From: Octopus vulgaris
Taxonomy: Eukaryota
Assembly (NCBI GenBank): GCA_951406725.2
Contig: OX597831.1
Span: forward strand, 63,426,001-63,490,000
Reading direction: 5' to 3'
DNA length: 64,000 nt
Of the stretch, positions 11,570 to 25,016 are shown piece after piece. Within the stretch, counting starts at the first letter, position 1, and the number at the start of each line of letters is the position of its first letter. Both the position numbers and the translations under genes were made by a program. A model generated the notes under the pieces. The model did not search any database. It had not been told where the DNA came from and saw only the letters and a program-made list of their open reading frames with translations.

Positions 11570-12045
11570 TTCTCCAACAGGAAATTCTCCATATGTTTAC
11601 ATTCACTGAAAATTTCAGATCTGGATTTCAGCAGTGCGGTGGAATTCTTAGATATGAAAAGGATTTATGTCTTTTCCGCTACGCATAGCTTCCATGAGAA
11701 CTTTTCAACTATTTTCCACTTGGTAGTACGGGGTGTGACGTTATACTTCAGACCATATACATAGCTTTACTTTTGACCCTGTGACGCAATGAAGATATAT
11801 GGTTAGCATGGCGATTTATTTAGTCGCCTTCACATAACTTGATGTAGCTTTTTATTTCGGTATTGCTATCATCTAGCGTTGATGTAACTTCTGCCTCACA
11901 TATGACGGGTTTAATCATGCACGCCTGGTCGAGTGGGCAGTTACCTGGGTCTCTATAGTTACAAATGATAATAGGCTCTAGGTCTTGTTTGCGTTTAATG
12001 ACGCTCTTCATATTGAGGGAGCAGCTATATGATAATTTGACTGAC
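11570..12045 (-). mobile_element. Penelope-like element GIY-YIG endonuclease, decayed
   Basis: KLSYSC..NMKSVI..CNY..CPLDQACMIKPVICEAEV..SYIKLCEG..RHANHISS..LCVAEK..RSEIFSECKH. Confidence 0.8.
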
Positions 12046-12051
12046 CGCCTG

Positions 12052-12540
12052 TTAAATATTTGCTGAGTTAGACTCGAGAAAAGTCTTACATACTTTTACT
12101 GTTCCACTTATGGATTGTATTTGTAATATGCGAGTTAGTTGGTTGATGTTTTTTCTGAAAACCCCCAACTGAACTAGATTGTTGCTTAAAAATTTATTCA
12201 CAAAACCAAACGCTCCGATTATTATTAGTATAAATGCAAATTTATAATCTGGATACAGGGACTTGTGGTTTCGAAGCAGTTGTCCATAGTCATCCACTTT
12301 CTCTCTGATTTTCAAACGGATATTCACAGCAATAAGACACGTGACTTCTTTGAAGATACATTCATTTTTTTGTCTGCCTCAACCTACAATACCTGGCATC
12401 TTAAGCATACAGTTGACAGATGTTTTGTTGGGAATGTCCCACCAATATCCTTTGTATTGATGTTTGTGTACATATTCATTAACAGAGGTATTCTCTATAT
12501 TTATTCCAGCAGAGTTTAATTTTCCGGATGGCATTGTATA
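12052..12540 (-). mobile_element. RLE non-LTR retrotransposon endonuclease fragment (same family as 2200-3090)
   Basis: EKVDDYGQLLRN..LYPDYKF..IIIGAFG..LQIQSISGTVKVCKTFL. Confidence 0.8.
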
Positions 12541-12574
12541 TTGTTTTTATGTGCATATGCATTTATGTATGCGT

Positions 12575-12803
12575 ATAGGTAGGTAGGTAAGTAGGTAGTT
12601 AGTTAGTTAGGTAGTTAGTTAGGTAGGTAGGTAGGTAGGTAGGTAGGTAGGTAGGTAGGTAGGTAGGTAGGTAGGTAGGTAGGTAGGTAGGTAGATAGGT
12701 AGGTAGGTAGGTAAGTAGGTAGGTAGGTAGGTAGGTAGGTAGGTAGGTAGGTAGGTAGGTAGGTAGGTAGGTAGGTAGGTAGATAGGTAGGTAGGTAGGT
12801 AGA
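12575..12803. repeat. (TAGG)n microsatellite
   Basis: Direct reading. Confidence 0.95.
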
Positions 12804-12829
12804 TATTAATAGTGTTTATTGATGTTCAC

Positions 12830-13230
12830 GATAAAATTTCAGACCTTATATTCAGTTGATCAGAACTTTGAAGAAAATATACTGTTTCTAAGAAACAAAC
12901 TAGCAACTCTGTTTCGACCGAAAATTATCATGCTGGTACAAACTGCAGAATCTACCTCAAATCGAATAATCTTCTCAAGAACGGAGTATACTTTGACATG
13001 ACTCTCATAAATTTTCTGTATAGATTAATAAAGAACGCGTATGTCGGGAAAGGCGACTCTTCAAATCATTGTTGATTGATCTAATATGTAAACCCTGATT
13101 AGAATTGTTGTATTGATGTATCTTGGTACAACATGCATGTCTATACCAAATACCAACTCTAGGATATCAAGTACAGCATCAACAGCTTTACAAATCTGAA
13201 ATTAGAACTATTGGATGGTAGTTCCTGATT
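12830..13230 (-). mobile_element. Highly decayed LINE RT fragment (CR1/L2-like)
   Basis: Reverse strand NYHPIVLIS (cf. NYRPISL) followed by a Q-G-F-like remnant. Confidence 0.4.
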
Positions 13231-13299
13231 TCTTGTTTGTGTTACTGTATATTTTATGGATTTTTTTTAATTGCTTAGTGATCTATGTGTCTTAAGCAG

Positions 13300-13945
13300 G
13301 AGTAATTAACTGAAAACGAAGAAGCTCAAAGCAAAAATTAGGATGAGCTATCACCAAAGGTAGATCGCAAGATGCAACATATACGAGAATATTAAATAAA
13401 CACTCGTAGAATATTAAATAAACACAAAATAATAAGCGCGAGAAAGACGCCCAAAGAGAAAAGAAGGAAGAGGATTTAAATTTTATGCATGGACTTTTTC
13501 AACAAGCACAATCGTGTTATGAAATTAAACTTCCTAGTCTGCTTCAAAAGAAGACTTCTAAATCATTACACAATACTATCATTCGCCTACAGATCGGAAA
13601 TGTGGATCTTAACAGTAGTCATAGAAAAGAAACTGACAGCGTTAGCACAAAAATGGGAAAGATTAATGCAATAGAGAACAAAAAAAGTAACTGAAAGACG
13701 AACAAAAGGGTAAAAAACATGAAGGAAAGTAGACGATATATTCATCATTGTATAAACGACGGAAATATCACGAAATGGCGACCAATGACTGAAAAAATAA
13801 TGAAGACCATGAAAAGATGGCGCGTCGTGATTGACAGTACTAGAGTAGCGTCGTTAAAAGGTAACACGCAAGGGAGATTAGAAAAAAACGGGCAATGGTA
13901 TATGGAAACTTTCATCTAGCACTAGATCGACAGCAGTTAACTACA
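13300..13945 (+). mobile_element. RTE-clade LINE 3' fragment, decayed
   Basis: CFKRRLLNHYTILSFAYRSEMWILT..KKLTAL..KWER..KWRP..R..W..ETFI. Confidence 0.7.
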
Positions 13946-14099
13946 ATACTTAAACCACATAAATATCAAAGTAATATATATGTATCTATATAGCAATATA
14001 CGCACTCGCACAAATGCACACACATACAAACACATATATGAATATACATATATATATATACACATATTTCTATGAATGTATGTACCTATGCATATATGT

Positions 14100-14350
<251 letters not shown>

Positions 14351-14725
14351 GAAAGGCTACACCATCTTGCACTGAATGCTATCTTCTTTCATTTTCAAAA
14401 TGCAACTTTTGGACACGTGCGTCTGTGTGCGCTTGCTTATGCGTTCGTTTGTACTGGCAGATACATTGCAATGCTACAGACCATACTATGTTCCATCCCA
14501 GCATTTAATAGTTTCAGAAGTTTCTATCGGAATAATGTTCATCCGTTAAACTGTCCTCTTTTATCTGGCTGGACAGAGAAGATAAAATGCTTACAATTGA
14601 TCCTGACGCTATCTCACTCCATCAGAAATAGCATTTTCACATGGGCAGTTATCTGTAATTATAAATTTGCATAGACGTACACGCATATAAACACGCACGT
14701 ATTTACTCACGTGCACTACACACAA

Positions 14726-14769
<44 letters not shown>

Positions 14770-15084
14770 CCATACACACAATTACATACACAGTTAGATA
14801 CAAATACATAAATTATTATGAGTAAAGATATATACGTTAGCTTGTGTATGTATTGTACGTCTGTGTGTATAGCTATGTGTGTGTGAGTGTCGTGAATGTG
14901 CATGTTCGTATACATATGTATACTATATCTGTGCATAGAATATTACGTAAGTATATAAGCATGAATCTGTGTATATATATTATGTATGTATATATACATA
15001 TATAAATACATATGCATATGTATGTATGCATTTGTATGTATGTATGTATGTATGTATGTATGTATGTATGTATGTATGTATGTG

Positions 15085-15700
15085 TGTTCTCCTCTGTTTT
15101 AATTATTAAAATTCTTCCACTGAAGAAGGACCCGCTTTTTAACAAAGATGCAAACCTCCATTGTTGGAATGCAGATAAGGAAAATAATGTCACATTCTAA
15201 ACTTGAGAATAGACTTGCATATTTTTACTGTTTCACTTACAGATTGCATTCGTAATGTGCAAGTTAGTTTGTTGATTTCGTGTTCTGAAAATCCAAGCTC
15301 ATTTTGATTGTTAGGCGTTTACTCACAAAACCAAGAGTACCAATTCTTATTTGTATAAGGGTGAATCTGTAATCTGGATATAGAAACTGGAGATTTCGAA
15401 GCAGTTGTCTAAGGTTATCCCTTTACTCTTGGATTTTTCAATGAGATATGCACACAAGTAGAACAGCTGGCCTCTTTTGACGGTATATATATTTTCTTGT
15501 CGGCGCAAAACTGCAGTATCCGGCATGTCATGTTTACACTTGGCAAGTTTTGATGTGAATGTCCCACATGTATTCCTTTTGTTGATGCTTGTGTATGCAT
15601 TCAGTTACAGGAATATTTACTCCAGGGCAACTTTATGTTGATTTTATATTGATTTTCTATTGATTTTACATCAGCGTTGTGTCGCATAAGGGGTGGGGGT
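15085..15700 (-). mobile_element. RLE non-LTR retrotransposon 3' end (same family as 2200 and 12052) abutting (TACA)n
   Basis: Aligns by eye with 12080-12480 (TACTTTTACTGTT..GATTG.ATT.GTAAT.TGC.AGTTAGT; TAATCTGGATA..TTTCGAAGCAGTTGTC). Confidence 0.75.
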
Positions 15701-16059
15701 AAAACCTTGATGACATTTTTCGTCAGCTGTCAATGACTTCCTCAGACATATGACATAATCTACATTTTCGTATGCACCTTGGAGCTTGAAGGCTTCATGA
15801 ATGTATGTATGTGTGTGTGTATGTATGTACGTACGTAAGCATGAATGTATGTATGTGTGTATGAATGTATGTATGTATGTATTTATGTTTGTATGTATGT
15901 GTGTAAGTATTTGTCTGTATGAATGCATGTGTGTGTATGTATGTATACATGTATTATGTATGCATGTATGTACGTATACACGTATGAATGTATGTGTGCG
16001 TGTATATCTATGTATGATTGTATGTATGCATGTACGTATGTATACATGTATGTATGCAC

Positions 16060-16420
16060 AAGACGCCATGTTACTTCCCATGCCATAAGAGAAGAAAATA
16101 TAACTGCCAATACATACCCAAACTTTGACCAATAAAGCACATTTTACTATACCCTTCAATGTTATCTAACTGACAATAGCTAAAACATAACAGGATCCTG
16201 ACCCTTCTAAACAAGTAACGATTTCTCAACATCAGTATCTGTCATATCGCAATAATATACAGTGGCTGTGTGTGCTACGAAATCCTCGTCACCACTGTTA
16301 TGTCGCACGTTCAGATGTCTTCTACACAACTCTACTCTTACCGCCACTCAACTATTCTCTCCACTACTCTCTCTATATCTACCTATTGGCCTAGCTTCAT
16401 CGTCTGCGGACGTCCACATA
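16060..16420 (-). mobile_element. Very decayed RTE AP-endonuclease remnant
   Basis: Reverse strand gives VVERIVEWR..LC..VR, resembling RTE E.L.RR.VD.CC.QEVRW. Confidence 0.35.
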
Positions 16421-16888
16421 AACTGTCGCAACTAAAACATTCGGGGTTATAGGCCTGCTTCATAATTGTTGGTATGGCGTGACAGAACTGTCCGGCGAAA
16501 CCTGATCTTTGATTCCATGTCTGCTCGATAAGGGCTGATCCGGGACCATAGATTGGTACGCTGAGCACTGATCTTAGATTAAAGATCTACTTCATGAGGA
16601 CTGTTTTACAACCATAGGTTTACTTGATTATGGCTCATCTGCAAGTATAGATATATTCACTGTAGTCTGAAGTAGGATCATACGATCACTCGATGAGAGT
16701 TGATCTGAGATTACATAGATCAGCCTAACGAGGTCTGATATAAAACACAATAGCAAGAACAGCTTAATGTATGAATCAATGGGTCTCTTGACCTGCAAGA
16801 GAGAGCAATCAGATTTCACTTAATTTATTTGTCTTTCTATTTAGAGGCGGCATACGACTGAAATGAGGAAAAAGCAACTGGAAATGGG

Positions 16889-16951
16889 TATTGTTTAACC
16901 CTACTTCAGCTTTCGCTCAGTGGGTAAAAGTTGAAATAGGGTTAAACAATA
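16889..16951. repeat. 63-nt near-perfect hairpin
   Basis: TATTGTTTAACCCTACTTCAGCTTT..AAAGTTGAAATAGGGTTAAACAATA; 25-bp stem with one mismatch and one G-U pair. Confidence 0.9.
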
Positions 16952-17677
16952 GAAATAATTGATCATTGAAACCAGTCTTTACTTCCCGTGGCCCAAACTA
17001 CGAGTAGCAGAAAATCCTTTCAGAAAATCGAACGGTAGTTGACCTCGGCTGGATTTGAGCCCAGAACGTTAAGGTTCACAAAAAATAACTGCAAGGCATT
17101 TTATCTGATGTTCTGACGATTCAGTCATTCAACGACTTTTGAAATGGTGATGATGAAGATGATTTTCTTGTTATTCCTAGTCTGGTTGATGCTGGTGGTT
17201 TATCCTTGCTCAGCCAACTATGATCAATACAGCTTTTTCCAGAGAATGATCTCTTTTATTTCTTTGTATCCCGTAAATATTTGCACTGTTTTCCTATCCC
17301 AGAGTTGAGTTAATCTCTTGCATTAATGTTCCCCATTTGTTCCCGTTGAAGATTAAATCGCACAGAAAATATTTCACAAAACATACGAAGGTATGACAAC
17401 CAGAAAAGAGCAGCTATATCTCCAACAATCAAAAATATCTGAAAGACTAGATCATTTTAATCACAGAAGCAGCAACAATCACAATAAAACAAGAACGAAA
17501 ACGAGACCGAAATCACGTGATCAGGTAGTCCTGGCAGCGGAGGTAGCGGTGATCGTCTGCCGCTGGCGATAACTATGACATGCTTTTATGCACCAGAAAC
17601 CCATATTTGTTTCTCTCTTGATAAATATCGCAGTATTTGTGTGTTCTAACGCAACAGCGACTTCTAAGTGGTATTAA

Positions 17678-17905
17678 GGCGAGCTGGCAGAAACGTTAGC
17701 ACGCCGGATGAAATGCTTAGCGGTATTTCGTCTGTCGTTACGTTGTTAGTTCAAATTCCGCCGAGGTTGACTTTGCCTTTCATCCTTTCGGGGTCGATAA
17801 ATTAAGTACCAGTTCCGCACTGGGGTCGATGTAATCGACTTAATACCTATGTCTATCCTTGTTTGTCCCCTCTATGTTTAGCCCCTTGTGGGTAATAAAG
17901 AAATA
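17678..17905 (+). mobile_element. SINE family C (MetaSINE-like central domain)
   Basis: GGCGAGCTGGCAGAAACGTTAGC..GTTCAAATTCCGCCGAGGTTGACTTTGCCTTTCATCCTTTCGGGGTCGATAAATTAAGTACCAG; TSD GGTATTAA at 17670-17677 and 17906-17913. Confidence 0.9.
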
Positions 17906-19072
17906 GGTATTAATACTGCTTCTGTCGCTCTCTTAAATTTTATAATAGTTTATATTTGTACTTTCTACAGGCGCTGTCGAGACAGTGTGATTAAGGAGTT
18001 CGCTTTAAAGTTATTTCATTGCAAATTCAAATCCACTGCGTGGTAACTTAATCAAAGCATATTTTACCACATCCTCAGACAGCACCAATTCCTATAAAAG
18101 GAATCGTTTAGATGGAATCTGTGCAGAAATACCTAGAATGGATTGTATATCTACTTGGATAATAGACTTAATTTCTTGGGTACTTTTCGAAGAGCACACG
18201 ACGTTGTTGCTTTGATCATAAACGAATACCATGAATGGGGTTCAGTGCTCCCTAGTGCAAGAATCCCTGAATTATGATAACTTTTTACTCGCCAGTTACA
18301 GAGGCTCTCAAAGACATACAAATACACCCATCCTATCACCAAATATTTACAGCTAAAACTCTACCACGGGAAAATGGTTAACAACAGAATATCTCGATGA
18401 ATCATTACACGTCATATCACCTTTATATACATATGTCAGATTTTTCATTTGTTTCCTCCTTTATTTATTTCTGCCTTGGTTCTCTATCTTTCTTTTCTGA
18501 ATTTTCCCTCATTTTTCTTACCTTTCTTTCTTTGTATATTTCTCTCTTAATATCTATCATTTTCTCCCGCGAAAAACACACAAAAAAGCAATTATAAATA
18601 CAAACATGTACACATATAAACATACATACGACCATCAAAAATCTACACTCACCTCATCATCACGGCTTCCAGGTAAGAGAAATTACATTTTTCTGCCATT
18701 TTTTTTTATTTTAATATATTTCATATTTATCTCATTTTTTATTTTTTCTTGCTATTCTAATCATTGAAAGAAAATTGTTAGTGTCAGTCTGGGAAAGAAA
18801 TCTTCAAAAGTAAAAACAAAATTGTTGTGATTTAATTTGCAGCCGTTGATCTTGACAGCTATCACACAGTCATCATTGCATACAGTCACACTACAGTCTT
18901 CGCATACAGTCTGCAACGAACTATAGCAGAAGGTTAATGCTGATTGCCCCTATACTACCTCACCCAAACACACGTTTGACATACCAAGACATTTCAGACA
19001 TTTTCTGAATCTGTATATTGCGACAATGCTATATATATGTACATAAATGTATATGTACTTCAGTGTGTGTAT

Positions 19073-19197
<125 letters not shown>

Positions 19198-19225
19198 TAT
19201 ACATAAATATTGATACATATATATA

Positions 19226-19257
<32 letters not shown>

Positions 19258-19264
19258 CACACAT

Positions 19265-19310
<46 letters not shown>

Positions 19311-19311
<1 letters not shown>

Positions 19312-19746
19312 AATGAATGTATGTGTGTATGGCTTATTTTTGATAAATGTATAAATGATTGCGTTCTTGTATGTATGAATGTAAATATCTAAACAGGTAC
19401 ACATATGTATACATATATACACTCATACACACACACACACACAATATACATAAATATTTATAAATACATAAACTTGCATGTGTATACATACATGTATAAA
19501 TAGATATTGCATACATATACACACACGCACTCACCTCAACATGCATTCACGTGTGCGCGTACTTGTGCGTGCCTCTGTTTCTGTGTGTTTGCATTTGTGT
19601 GCATGTGTGAGCGTGTGTGCGTGTGTGTGTTATGAGTGTATATAGTATACATATGTGTGCCTGTTTAAATATTTACATTCATACATACAAGAACGGAATC
19701 ATTTATACGTTTATGAAAAATAAGCCATACACACATACATTCATTT
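19311..19746. repeat. ~115-bp inverted repeat (19311-19427 vs 19631-19746) with ~200-bp spacer
   Basis: AAATGAATGTATGTGTGTATGGCTTATTTTT..ACACTCATA and its reverse complement; about 6 differences. Confidence 0.9.
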
Positions 19747-19764
19747 ATATATATATATGCACAC

Positions 19765-19799
<35 letters not shown>

Positions 19800-19820
19800 C
19801 ATAAACATACATATATATAC

Positions 19821-19873
<53 letters not shown>

Positions 19874-20279
19874 GTGTACAAATATATACACTGTGTACGT
19901 GTGTTTATGTATGTTATGTATGTATATTATGTATGTACTATGTATGTATGTATGTATGTATGTATGTATGTATGTATGTATGTATGTATGTATGTATATG
20001 CGGGTAACTACGTCTGTGCGTCTGTGTAGGCGGTGAGGGCGAGTGCCTAAAAACATTCGTAATAAGATCTTGTCGTACAGTCGAAGTAATGAGAAAAATC
20101 CCTTTGAGGCAATTAGTTGTGTCGAGTAAATATGTCAAGTAGAAAAACATCCATGGGTTTTTATTGACTAAACCAGATATCTGTGGCTGGATGGTTGATG
20201 TGTAGCGAGTTCGGTGGATAATGATTATCTCCAGAACATCACTTTACCTTCATTGATTCTCTGTATTTGGTGTTCTTTG

Positions 20280-20289
20280 TTTCATTCAT

Positions 20290-20320
<31 letters not shown>

Positions 20321-20456
20321 CATACATACATGCATACATACATACTTACATACATAAGTATATGTGTGTACATACAAGTGTGTGTGCATGTGTGTCTATG
20401 TATAATGCAATCCAGGTAACTAAATAAATAGATAGACATATATGTATGTGTATGTG

Positions 20457-20497
<41 letters not shown>

Positions 20498-20830
20498 ACA
20501 GAGAGAGAGAGAGAGACAGTGTGATGCATACATACATACATGCATGCATACATACATACATACATACACACACACTACATACATACATACATACATACAT
20601 ACACACACATACATACATGCATACATGCATGCATGCATGCACATACATACATACATACATACATACACACACATACATACATGCATACATGCATGCATGC
20701 ATGCATACATACATACATACATACATACATACATACATACATACATACATACATACATACATACATACATACATGCACACACACACATACATGCATACAT
20801 ACATACATACATACATACATACATACATAG
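20280..20830. repeat. Compound (CATA)n/(CATG)n/(TA)n microsatellite
   Basis: Direct reading. Confidence 0.95.
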
Positions 20831-21002
20831 TTGCGTACGTACGTTCAAACGAAAAGTTTGTTGCTAGGATGCTGTATATATGAAAGGTAGATGTATACAC
20901 ATGCAAATGAATATACGCATTTTTATGAATGTGTATATGTTTAGGAGCGACAGAAATTCAAAGAGATGGAAAAGGGATGCAATGTGCATGCATATGTTTG
21001 TT

Positions 21003-21069
<67 letters not shown>

Positions 21070-21098
21070 GCGTGTGTGCCTGTATAAGTGTGTGTCTA

Positions 21099-21129
<31 letters not shown>

Positions 21130-21143
<14 letters not shown>

Positions 21144-21346
21144 TGGTGTGTCTGAGCTTGTCCCGCCCCGCCATCGTTTGACAATCGATGCTGGTGTGTT
21201 TACGTCCCCGTAGACTAGCGGTTCGGCCAAAGAGACCGGTAGAGTAAGTACTGGGCTTACAAAGAATATGTCCTGGGGTCGATTTGTTCGACTAAAAGGC
21301 GGTGCTCCAACATGGCCGCAGTCAAATGACTGAAGCAAATAAAAGA

Positions 21347-21348
<2 letters not shown>
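21130..21348 (+). mobile_element. SINE family B, 3' half
   Basis: GACAATCGATGCTGGTGTGTTTACGTCCCC..CAGTCAAATGACTGAA. Confidence 0.9.
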
Positions 21349-21382
<34 letters not shown>

Positions 21383-21884
21383 TATATATATACACCCATG
21401 TACGTACGAATGTGCGAACATGCAAGCAAGGGGAACTACTTAGTACCAAGTTAGTGGACAGATTATAAATCCTTGTTTAAAGAAATATGGAACGGACTTT
21501 ATGGTTATACAGCTCTCATCATACTTACATGGTTTGAAGTATACTAACATAAATTCCAGACTTGCTTTTATAATATCAAGTTTGCCTGAATTAATAGGAC
21601 AACTCACCTCCCGCCTCTTGTACTCGCGTGCATACTCTCTTTTGCATTATTGCTTCCCCTCTCTCGCATTCTCTCTTTCGTCCTCCCCCCTTTCTCTCCC
21701 TTTCTCCCTCTCTTTCTCCTTCTTTCTCGCTCTTTCTCTTTCTTTCTTTCTCAATGATTATATGCTATCCATTATGTTGTACTTTGATATCTCCTATCAT
21801 CATTTTACCTACGCCATCCCGGTTTTATTAGACAGCCATATATGTCTACCAACAACACTACAATTATAAAGATAAGTAGAAAGA

Positions 21885-21888
21885 TAGA

Positions 21889-21973
<85 letters not shown>

Positions 21974-22027
21974 TAGATAGATAGAAAGACAGAGAGATAG
22001 ATAGATAGACAGATAGACAGACAGACG

Positions 22028-22073
<46 letters not shown>

Positions 22074-22107
22074 CAACAGATAGACAGACAAACAGATAGA
22101 TAGATAT

Positions 22108-22137
<30 letters not shown>
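21885..22137. repeat. (GATA)n/(GACA)n microsatellite
   Basis: Direct reading. Confidence 0.95.
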
Positions 22138-22139
<2 letters not shown>

Positions 22140-22296
22140 AGAGAGAGGAGAGAGAGAGAAAGAGAGGGAAAATGAAAAAATAGGGGAGGACGATAGAGAG
22201 AATGAGAGAGAGTGGAAGGACTATATACATATGTACTTATGTGTAGATACATGTATATTCACATATACACACACACATATATATACATATCTATTC

Positions 22297-22352
<56 letters not shown>

Positions 22353-22789
22353 GAAACGTGTCCATTCTTTAAAACAAGAGTAACAAGAAACTGTAATAAA
22401 AAATATTAAATTATTACAGGGCAATAAAATGTATTAACTTTGTACTGACATGAAACCTGATGTGTTTACCAATCAACTTACGTGTTTGTCATCCATCAGC
22501 TCAACGAAGACAAAGATTTGTTCTACGTTTTATTCTCAACGTTCAATTTGTGAAAATATGAAACTTCCCTGACATTAAATGCCTGACATGGACTGAATGA
22601 CTGGCAGCATTTGTTCCTCATCTCTGCGCTCTGAGATAATACGAGGTCAGTTGTGGTTTCCATCCTTTCGCGATCGATAAAAACTACCAATCCAGGGAAT
22701 TGAAATGGCGGGAGTGTAAAAACATCACCAAATGCTTTGTGTTTAGGTGTTCTGACTCTTTGTGTTTTGAGTTCGAATCCCACCGCTGT

Positions 22790-23344
22790 GGATCTTTTCG
22801 GTTTGAACGGCAGTTTTTTCTAGCGGTGTCATATGAAATCGTCACCCATAATTATGACCCTAGAATCGATCTATTGCATTTCAATCTGTTTTAGGGTTAG
22901 GGTTAGTTAGGGTTAGGGGTGGGGAGAAGGGTATCTTTTTTTCTTCACAAATGTAAATAAACCCAATCTGTTTCTTAGATTAAATTTCGTATACTGGTAG
23001 AATGTGATTATAAAACATCTTTTTCTCTTGGCTTTATTGAGAAAATTCTATAGTTTGTAAGATATTTGTTGTTTTTTTCTTCAATTTCTGCAATTTCAAC
23101 TAATCAATGACATCTATTCAGGTAAAAAACATTCTGTGCCCTATGAATATGTCCCTTGTTTAAGAAACAGATTGGGTTTATTTACATTTGTGAAGAAAAA
23201 AAGATACCCTTCCCCTCACCCCTAACCCTAACCCTAACCCTAAAACAGATTGAAATGCAATAGATCGATACTAGGGTCATAATTATAGGGGACAATTTCA
23301 TATGACACCGCTAGAAAAAACTGCCGTTCAAACCGAAAAGATCC
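22790..23344. mobile_element. GG-ended MITE, palindromic variant with ~185-bp inverted arms
   Basis: GGATCTTTTCGGTTTGAACGGCAG..; arms 22790-22977 and 23161-23344, each with (TTAGGG)n; no TSD. Confidence 0.9.
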
Positions 23345-23602
23345 GCGGTCTGTACTGAGGGAACATTGATAATATTCCAATTTTATCATTCCACTGTAGA
23401 ACTAAGAATGTCGAGTTAAAGATAACGCGTTCTCCAAAACTCTAATCTTTGTATTTATATAATACAATAAAAAGCGAAAACGAAAATGCTTGATAGCAGT
23501 TTAATCCGTGCTACACTGGCTTCAGTAGCATGACATTATAATCCTTATTCGCGCAGAACGTCATACACAACACCTGCCACATCGTCGATCACCGGAATTG
23601 AT

Positions 23603-24014
23603 ATTCTTATATTCTTTTATTCTTTTATTTGTTTCAGTCATTTGACTGCGGCCATGCTGGAGTACCGCCTTTAGTCGAGCAAATCGACCCCAGGGCTTAT
23701 TCTTTGTAAGCCTAGTACTTATTCTATCGGTCTCTCTTGAATAAGTATCTCTCTTGCCGAACCACTAAGTGACGGGGACGTAAACACACCAGCATCGGTT
23801 GTCAAGTGATGTGGAAGGGGGACAAACACAGACACACAAACATATACTTACACACACACACACATATATATACGACGGGCTTCTTTCAGTTTCCGTCTAC
23901 CAAATCCAGGCTATAGTAGAAGACACTTGCCCAAGGTGCCACGCAGTCAGACTGAACCCGGAACCATGTGGTTGGTAAGCAAGCTACTTACCACACAGCC
24001 ACTCCTGTGCCTAT
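23603..24014 (-). mobile_element. SINE family B, near full length
   Basis: Reverse-strand head ATAGGCACAGGAGTGGCTGTGTGGTAAG..GGTTCAGT; tail of AAAAGAAT repeats. Confidence 0.95.
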
Positions 24015-24620
24015 GATGACAACAATCATTTATATATATAACACAATGTTATATAATGAAATATATTTTTGCATTGTGCTATATAAATTTCTCAATATAA
24101 ACAGAATACAGAATTCCATGTGTATCTAATACTATGAAAAGGAAAGATGCGAAGAGGACTTGTGTATTATAGTCGAGGTAGGGTAAATGATGTGTTCTGG
24201 AATTCACTTTTACCGGTCTACAATATTACAAAGATCACACAGTAAGCATAAAGAACTAAACTTGAGATTGGTTCTGAAATTCTTTAATTACGTCGTCTTA
24301 CACGTGTTTCCAAGAAGATTACAGCCGACTTATTTTATCCCAAACCGGAAGATTATACACAAACGTATATCCTTTTATCTGATAGATATCCTTTCATCTT
24401 TCATTGCCAGTAATATACTCCTCTTACCTTCTCTCTTTTTGTTCTATGAGTGTGTGTGTATGTGTGTGTATAAACATCCACACACATATATATATAAATT
24501 TCTTCACGTGCACTTTACAAACATTCACACACACATATACACAATATATATACATATATGCATATACATACATACAGACATACATATATCTATATAGAAA
24601 TATATATATATATATATATA

Positions 24621-24831
24621 GTTAATCCAAACAAGAAAGCACAAAAAAACACAACAACGCGAGGACGTGAAACAAATATAGTATTATTGGACGCTCAGGG
24701 AAGAAGGAAAGAAGGTGGGCTTAACGTTTCGAGTGGAGCTCTTCGTCGGAAACATAGGAGAAGGAAAGATCCAGAGAATGGAAGGCAGAGGAAAAAAATC
24801 GCCAACGGTGCACACGAGGTCACATTTTGAA
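24621..24831 (-). mobile_element. Hammerhead element family H1 copy 2 (core mutated to CCGACGA, motif at 24718-24753)
   Basis: Reverse strand GTTT-CCGACGA-AGAGCTCCACTC-GAAAC-GTT-AAGC; its 3' end runs into (TA)n. Confidence 0.75.
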
Positions 24832-24867
24832 AGACCGGAAGGAAAAGGGTGATATATATATATACAA

Positions 24868-25016
24868 GAAAAAATGATGCCCTTCCCCCACCCCTAACCC
24901 TAACCCTAACCCTAAAACAGATTGAAATGCAATAGATCGATACTAGACTCATAATCATGGGTGACAATTTCATATGACACTGCTAGAAAAAACTGCCGTT
25001 CAAACCGAAAAGATCT
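24868..25016. mobile_element. Right end only of the GG-ended MITE
   Basis: (CCCTAA)n..CTGCCGTTCAAACCGAAAAGATC. Confidence 0.9.

Noticed and set aside
22890-22920. TTAGGG tracts as a telomere or fusion site
   Set aside because: Only 3-4 units, always at the same position inside the MITE.
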